Of a DNA stretch of 64,000 nucleotides, positions 59,239-64,000 are shown in pieces. The notes below the pieces were generated by a model. That model was not told where the DNA came from and made no database searches. It saw nothing but the letters and a program-made list of their open reading frames with translations. Made by a program: the position numbers and the translations under genes. Each line of letters starts with the position of its first letter. Position 1 is the first letter of the stretch. The stretch spans positions 96,001-160,000 of IMG/VR virus record IMGVR_UViG_3300030104_006883; one strand, given 5' to 3'. Source of the stretch: a virus.

Positions 59239-60372
59239 ATGGGTAGTTTCGGTAAGTTTAACGCTGGTGTTAAGTCCGGCCTAAAATCTGGTAAGTTGGG
59301 ACATATGAAAGACGTGAACACGCTCGCGTCTTATAATTTAGGTCTCCTTAGATATGACGAAGACACGGAAGGTTGGACAGCGACCGCTGGTGATGTGGAA
59401 ATTCGTGGCAATACCTTTATGACCGGCGCTCATAGAATTTTGGGCGATCTTCACGTAACCGGGACTGCTTATTTACAAAATACTGTAATAAAACATAAAA
59501 CCCAATTCAGTTCTTCTGGAGCAAGCGTCTTTGGTGATGATTATACCGACTCACACCAATTTACTGGATCGATTTTTTGTAGCCAAAATATGTCCGGTAC
59601 TTTGTCTTTGAGCGCAAATTCTCTTACAGCCTCCTATCTTAAAATCACAGGGTCTACAACACTCGGCAACTATACTTATGTTTGGCCAAGCGCTTCGGGT
59701 GACGCTAATCAAGTGCTCACTGTTGATGGCAATGGAAACCTTGAATGGGCGGCAGTAGGTGATGGTACCGATGACTTCACTAATAATGGCGATGAGCATG
59801 TTGGGAACAGGACTATTGGGAACATAACAAACTATACTCTTGGCATCTTAACAAATAATAAACAAAGAATACATCTTACTGGCGAAGGTCAAGGTGGTTT
59901 CGTTGGGGTTGGAGTTTCTGGTAGCGAAGTAACAAACATGTTGACGCTACCCAATATTCCAAATGTTTCCGGATCTGGTAAGGCTGGTAGTTGGAGAACC
60001 TACAGTTCTCGTCGGTATAAGAAAGATATAGAAACAATACAATCGCCTATCCAAACTGTCATGAGGCTCAGAGGGGTGACATTTAGGTGGAAGAACGGCG
60101 ATGTTAATGATATGGGCTTTATTGCTGAAGAGGTGGGCGCGATTCTTCCGGAGATAGTAGAGTACGAATCAAACGGTGTCGATGCTGAGAGTATGGAATA
60201 CTCGAAAGTAGGTCCGCTTTTGGTAGAAGTTGTTAAAGAACAACAAAAAATGATTAAGGGTCTTGATTTAGCACTCGTAGATCTCAGATACGACTTTGAG
60301 TACTACAAATTACCCTGGTGGAAGAAGTTGTTCTTATGGATGAAGAAAAAGATTAAAAAAGATTCTGAATAA
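59239..60372 (+). CDS. Tail fibre/spike protein with C-terminal intramolecular chaperone (peptidase S74-like)
   Basis: SSRRYKKDI, LRGVTFRWK, MGFIAEEV..ILPEIV, YSKVGPLLVE coiled coil; CTATTTA at 59202. Confidence 0.75.
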   Translation: MGSFGKFNAGVKSGLKSGKLGHMKDVNTLASYNLGLLRYDEDTEGWTATAGDVEIRGNTFMTGAHRILGDLHVTGTAYLQNTVIKHKTQFSSSGASVFGDDYTDSHQFTGSIFCSQNMSGTLSLSANSLTASYLKITGSTTLGNYTYVWPSASGDANQVLTVDGNGNLEWAAVGDGTDDFTNNGDEHVGNRTIGNITNYTLGILTNNKQRIHLTGEGQGGFVGVGVSGSEVTNMLTLPNIPNVSGSGKAGSWRTYSSRRYKKDIETIQSPIQTVMRLRGVTFRWKNGDVNDMGFIAEEVGAILPEIVEYESNGVDAESMEYSKVGPLLVEVVKEQQKMIKGLDLALVDLRYDFEYYKLPWWKKLFLWMKKKIKKDSE

Positions 60373-60509
60373 TTGTCACGGCTTATAAAAAAACGTTATA
60401 AGCAGTGGAATTGTCCCCGCCTTTAGAGGGCCAAATAGACTATTTATCTTATGCCTGGGACTCCCAGGCCAATTAAACAATAAATAATCAAATATAGGGG
60501 GATTTATTT

Positions 60510-62912
60510 ATGTCTAGTATTCAATTATCCGGATCAGGACTTAGAACAGGGGCTAGTACCGTTAAAGTTCTTGAGTTCGGAACAGAAGGAACCGTTAAGG
60601 TCGCTGCCGACCTTCAAACAACTGGTTCTGCAAAATTCACGAAGATCTCGGGATCTTCTACATTAGAGATGGTCGGCGCTGCTTACTTCGGTAGCACTGT
60701 CGCAGCTACTGGCTCTATTACCGCTGGTAGCTCGTTCATCATTGGCTCTGCCGATCTTAACGAGACTGATCTTGAAAAACTCGATGGTATCACCAATGGT
60801 ACTGTCGCTGCCAACAAGGCTCTTGTCGTTGATGGTAGTAAGGACTTGGATGGCGTTAATGACCTTACGCTTGAAGGCTCTTTGATCATTGGCAATGCTT
60901 CCATGAGCGAAACTGACCTTGAGAAGCTTGATGGTATCACTAATGGTGCCGGTGCCGCTAACAAGGCTCTTGTCCTTGATGGTAACGCTGATGTGGCTTC
61001 TGGCTTGCGCAACGTTACTGCTACAGGAGCAATCACTGCTGGCACTTCGTTCATCATCGGTTCTGCCGATCTTAACGAAGCTGACCTTGAAAAGCTTGAC
61101 GGCATCACCAATGGTGCTGGTGCCGCTAACAAGGCTCTTGTCCTTGATGGTAACGCCGACGTAGCCTCTGGCTTGCGTAGCGTAACTGGCTCTGGCGATG
61201 CTTACTTCGCTAATGGCGTCTTCTCGGGCGACCTTCGTTTGGACGATGACCTTACCGTAGGTGACGCCATCAACGCTGGTGGTAGAATCACTGGTGGGAC
61301 TCTCACTGATGGAACGGCAACACTAACTGGTGGTAGATTCGCTGCTCTGGCTGATCTAACAGCTTCTTACGCCAAGATCGGAGTTCTTGACGTTGTGACA
61401 ATCAACAGCAAGACCACTACGGTTGAGAACGTTGAAGTTTCAGCTTCGTTGATGATCCTTTCTGATGGTGCAGCCACCGCCAATGAGGCAGATGGATCAG
61501 GTATGTATATCAGTGGCGCAAATGCACACTTTGCCTGGAACAACAGCATGTCGGCACTAAGCTCAAGTCACCAAATGTTCGTCAACGGAAACGTAGCGCT
61601 TGGTTCTGGCAACTCGTTTGTTATCGGTTCTGCCGATCTTAACGAAGCTGACCTTGAAAAGCTCGATGGTATCACCGATGGTACTGTCGCTGCCAACAAG
61701 GCAGTTGTTGTTGACTCCAACAAGGATGCCTCTGGCTACCGCAACGTTACTGCCGCAGGAGCAATCACTGCCGGTACTTCGTTCATCATCGGCTCTGCCG
61801 ATCTTAACGAAGCTGACCTTGAAAAGCTTGACGGCATCACCAATGGTACTGTCGCTGCTAGCAAGGCAGTTGTTGTCGACTCTGACAAGGATGCCTCTGG
61901 TTTCCGTAACGTTACTGCCACAGGAGCAGTCACTGCTGGTACTTCGTTCATCATCGGTTCTGCCGATCTTAACGAAGCCGACCTTGAAAAGCTTGACGGC
62001 ATCACCAATGGTACTGTCGCTGCTAGCAAGGCAGTTGTCGTTGATGGTAATAAGGACTTCTCTGGCTTCCGCAACATGAGCGGTAGTGGAGAGCTACAGC
62101 TAGTTGGCGCTGTTACAGCCCAGGGCAACATCACAACATCTGGTAGTTTTGTTATCGGCAACGCTTCCATGAGCGAAGCTGACCTTGAGAAGCTCGATGG
62201 CATTACCGATGGTACTGCTGCTGCTAATAAAGCAATGGTCCTAGACTCTAATGCTGACATTACCGGCGGTCGTAACCTTACGCTTTCTGGTGAGCTTGAT
62301 GCAGCATCAGGCGACTTCTCTGGTAACATTGACGTTGATGGCACAGCCAACCTTGACGATGTTGACATTGACGGTAATACCCAGGCTGACGGCACTTTGA
62401 CTGTCGGTGTAAATGGTACTGGTTACGATGTTAAGTTCTATGGCGATCAAGCCGGTTCTTACTTGATGTGGGATGAGTCATCGAACTCGTTGAACATGAT
62501 TAATTCACACATGTCTGGAGCTTCGGCAACCTTCCACGGCGCTCTCTACTCCGAGAGCGATGCAGCCAACAACATCTCTATCCTGGTCCCAGAGACGCAC
62601 TCGATCAAAGCCGGTCAGTTCGTCACCTTCTCGGACGCAACTCTCAAGAAGAACGTCAAGCAACTTGACGGAGCTATCGAGAAAGTTATGTCGATGAGAG
62701 GCGTTTCTTATGAAATGAAGAAGGACGATAGAGGCAGAGCAGAGGTAGGCTTTATCGCTCAAGAGATGAAGCAAGTCGTACCAGAGGTTGTCTACGGAGA
62801 CGAAGACGGAAATCATGGTATTGATTACGGTAAGCTAACTTCGATTTTGGTAGAGGCAGTTAAGGCTCAGCAAACACAGATTGATGAGTTGAAAGCTTTG
62901 CTAAAGAAATAA
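60510..62912 (+). CDS. Repeat-rich tail fibre-like protein with S74-like chaperone
   Basis: Seven DLEKLDGIT repeats; C-terminal SDATLKKNV, VGFIAQEM..VVPEVV, IDYGKLTSILVEAVK; CTATTTA at 60440. Confidence 0.8.
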   Translation: MSSIQLSGSGLRTGASTVKVLEFGTEGTVKVAADLQTTGSAKFTKISGSSTLEMVGAAYFGSTVAATGSITAGSSFIIGSADLNETDLEKLDGITNGTVAANKALVVDGSKDLDGVNDLTLEGSLIIGNASMSETDLEKLDGITNGAGAANKALVLDGNADVASGLRNVTATGAITAGTSFIIGSADLNEADLEKLDGITNGAGAANKALVLDGNADVASGLRSVTGSGDAYFANGVFSGDLRLDDDLTVGDAINAGGRITGGTLTDGTATLTGGRFAALADLTASYAKIGVLDVVTINSKTTTVENVEVSASLMILSDGAATANEADGSGMYISGANAHFAWNNSMSALSSSHQMFVNGNVALGSGNSFVIGSADLNEADLEKLDGITDGTVAANKAVVVDSNKDASGYRNVTAAGAITAGTSFIIGSADLNEADLEKLDGITNGTVAASKAVVVDSDKDASGFRNVTATGAVTAGTSFIIGSADLNEADLEKLDGITNGTVAASKAVVVDGNKDFSGFRNMSGSGELQLVGAVTAQGNITTSGSFVIGNASMSEADLEKLDGITDGTAAANKAMVLDSNADITGGRNLTLSGELDAASGDFSGNIDVDGTANLDDVDIDGNTQADGTLTVGVNGTGYDVKFYGDQAGSYLMWDESSNSLNMINSHMSGASATFHGALYSESDAANNISILVPETHSIKAGQFVTFSDATLKKNVKQLDGAIEKVMSMRGVSYEMKKDDRGRAEVGFIAQEMKQVVPEVVYGDEDGNHGIDYGKLTSILVEAVKAQQTQIDELKALLKK
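60715..61200 (+). repeat. Tandem coding repeat block 1 (3 units of about 50-55 aa)
   Basis: IIGSADLNE(T/A)DLEKLDGITNG..AANKAL; the anchor ATCTTAACGA occurs at 60754 and 61069. Confidence 0.9.
61610..62290 (+). repeat. Tandem coding repeat block 2 (4 units; 165-nt period for the first three)
   Basis: The anchor ATCTTAACGA occurs at 61636, 61801 and 61966; the fourth unit has the NASMSE variant. Confidence 0.9.
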
Positions 62913-62960
62913 AGTAATTTTTATTACTTAGTGTTTGACACTTAGTGTTGCACACAGTGA

Positions 62961-62988
62961 GCCGGGGGAGGATTTTTCCTCCCCCGGC
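62961..62988 (+). terminator. GC-rich hairpin (terminator-like) after the fibre gene
   Basis: GCCGGGGGAGGA-TTTT-TCCTCCCCCGGC, a 12-bp perfect stem; the T-run starts about 7 nt downstream. Confidence 0.7.
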
Positions 62989-63004
62989 CTCATGCTTTTT
63001 ATTG

Positions 63005-63033
63005 TTGACAAGTAAAAAAAACAATGTTACTTT
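63005..63033 (+). promoter_or_regulatory. Sigma70-like promoter (TTGACA-17-TGtTACTTT) for dut
   Basis: -35 at 63005-63010, extended -10 at 63025-63033; AAGGAG SD follows. Confidence 0.6.
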
Positions 63034-63058
63034 AAAGCTCCAAATCAAAGGAGCATCA

Positions 63059-63514
63059 ATGATTATTGAGTTTTGTAAGGTCCGACCCACTGCTGTGAAT
63101 CCCAAGAGGGCCAACCCATCTGACGCAGGACTGGATGTTTTTTATTGTCCCGAAGACAAGAAAAAATCAATAACTATAAGACCAGGCCAGAACGCTATTT
63201 TGCCGACTGGTTTAAAGTTCGGACTTCCTCATGGATACATGTTGCAAGTAATGAATAGATCTAGTCTTGCTGCCAAAAGAAACCTTATTGTGGGAGCACA
63301 CTGTATAGATGCGGGATATGATGGTGAAGTTTTTATTGATTTACACAATATCGGATTGATTGAGAGCGTTATAAAGCCCGGAGATAAGATAGCACAATTA
63401 ACCCTGGTTCCGGTGGTACACGCCAGAGTAATTGAGACTAGCGATGACTTATATGCAGACAGCATCGCGATAACAGAAAGGGGCGACGGAGCCCTGGGGA
63501 GTACTGGAACATGA
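63059..63514 (+). CDS. dut: dUTPase (trimeric)
   Basis: DAGLD, MNRSSLA, HCIDAGYDGE, IAQL, RGDGALGSTG; start ATG 63059 after AAGGAG. Confidence 0.93.
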   Translation: MIIEFCKVRPTAVNPKRANPSDAGLDVFYCPEDKKKSITIRPGQNAILPTGLKFGLPHGYMLQVMNRSSLAAKRNLIVGAHCIDAGYDGEVFIDLHNIGLIESVIKPGDKIAQLTLVPVVHARVIETSDDLYADSIAITERGDGALGSTGT

Positions 63515-63783
63515 GCACAGCTAATTTAGACGAAATGGATAGAAGGGGCATGTTCCCAGGCATTAAGAAAGAGATGGTGAACCACCCTACTCATTATAAG
63601 CCCGATGGATCAAAATATGAAGCCATCGACGTTATAGAGGACTGGAACTTAGGGTTTAATGACGGCAACGCTGTTAAATATATTTGCCGACATAGGTTTA
63701 AAGAAAGCGCGATACAGGACATAGAAAAGGCAATTTGGTACCTTCAGAGGCACTTAGAAAATCTCAAAAAGGAGACAAGGTGA
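63511..63783 (+). CDS. DUF3310 protein (T7 gp1.7-like nucleotide kinase family)
   Basis: MVNHPTHY...EAIDVIE......GNAVKYI.R..FK....QDIEKAIWYL. Confidence 0.85.
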   Translation: MSTANLDEMDRRGMFPGIKKEMVNHPTHYKPDGSKYEAIDVIEDWNLGFNDGNAVKYICRHRFKESAIQDIEKAIWYLQRHLENLKKETR

Positions 63784-64000
63784 AAGAAGCATTATCGTTC
63801 GACGATGTGTTGCTAGCCCCGCAGTATAGTGACATTAAAAGCAGAACAGAAGTAGATATATCGAGTGATCTCGATAGCGATTTGAGGTTCGAACTCCCAG
63901 TTATCTCTAGCCCCATGGATACAATTACAGGGCACGAGATGGCCACCAGCATCGGACAGGCTGGCGGGCTGGGTATTGTTCATAGATATAACACCGTGCA
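63780..64000 (+). CDS. guaB: IMP dehydrogenase/GMP reductase family protein, 3' truncated (absent from the ORF track)
   Basis: GTG 63780 translates MKEALSFDDVLLAPQYSDIKSRTEVD...PVISSPMDTIT..EMA..IGQAGGLGIVHRYN; AAGGAG SD. guaB versus guaC cannot be resolved. Confidence 0.85.
   Translation, partial: MKEALSFDDVLLAPQYSDIKSRTEVDISSDLDSDLRFELPVISSPMDTITGHEMATSIGQAGGLGIVHRYNTV

Noticed and set aside
60381-60403. Inverted repeat GCTTATAA-7nt-TTATAAGC as a terminator or operator
   Set aside because: The stem is AT-rich and weak with no U-tract, and no second copy was found; it is too weak to call.
60715-62290. Tandem repeats as a CRISPR array or DGR template/variable repeat
   Set aside because: The repeats are in-frame coding units of 150-165 nt with no unique spacers. 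Differences are mostly synonymous rather than adenine-specific, and no cas or reverse transcriptase gene is in the window.
62935-63058. TTGACA at 62935 as a promoter, and the extended dUTPase N-terminus from 62945
   Set aside because: There is no -10 at proper spacing. The region contains a terminator-like hairpin and a better promoter at 63005, and ATG 63059 has the SD.
1-64000. Numerous minus-strand ORFs (e.g. 350-751, 18658-19167, 23600-24127, 35929-36369, 61736-62395)
   Set aside because: They are antisense shadows of well-supported + strand genes, Ser/Pro-rich mirror translations with no motifs or SD sites.
1-64000. Stop-codon reassignment (code 15 or 4), as seen in some huge phages
   Set aside because: Conserved genes are full length under code 11, and TAA, TAG and TGA all terminate genes at expected positions.
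1-64000. tRNA, tmRNA or rRNA genes
   Set aside because: Intergenic gaps are short and no cloverleaf or T-loop (GTTCGA-type) structure could be supported by eye. A tRNAscan/Infernal run would be definitive.

Overview
The window is a 64-kb segment of a large, T4-superfamily-like myovirus (huge/jumbo-type Caudoviricetes) genome. All credible genes are on the + strand, densely packed and often translationally coupled. Order: baseplate/fibre-like virion genes (1-8128); RuvC, primase and an Mre11-Rad50 fusion (8147-13211); a membrane/lysis-like trio (13894-14946); a head module with terminase, portal, prohead protease, ribosomal protein bS21, scaffold and gp23-like capsid (15875-26662); neck, terminator, sheath, tube, chaperone, tape measure and hub genes (26779-41176); and a replication/metabolism block (42411-64000). 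That last block holds a minimal PolA domain, a divergent tubulin/FtsZ-like protein, gp32-like SSB, RecA/UvsX, a 5'-3' exonuclease, a DnaB-like helicase, class II RNR, GroES, an SLT muramidase, CysK, DnaE, two S74-chaperone fibres, dUTPase, DUF3310 and IMPDH/GMPR. Two promoter classes are readable from the sequence: TTGACA-17bp-TATAAT-like sites before replication genes, and a recurrent CTA(T/A/C)TTA motif about 12-65 bp upstream of virion genes. The strongest leads are the coupled PolA-core/tubulin-like gene pair, a candidate +1 frameshift in the tail chaperone, the late motif together with a family of small N-terminal 'IIKEE'-type putative capsid-targeted proteins, an unannotated 16-aa ORF before the prohead protease, and bS21 in a phage whose signals look non-Bacteroidota. 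All family calls come from motif recognition by eye; no database searches were run.
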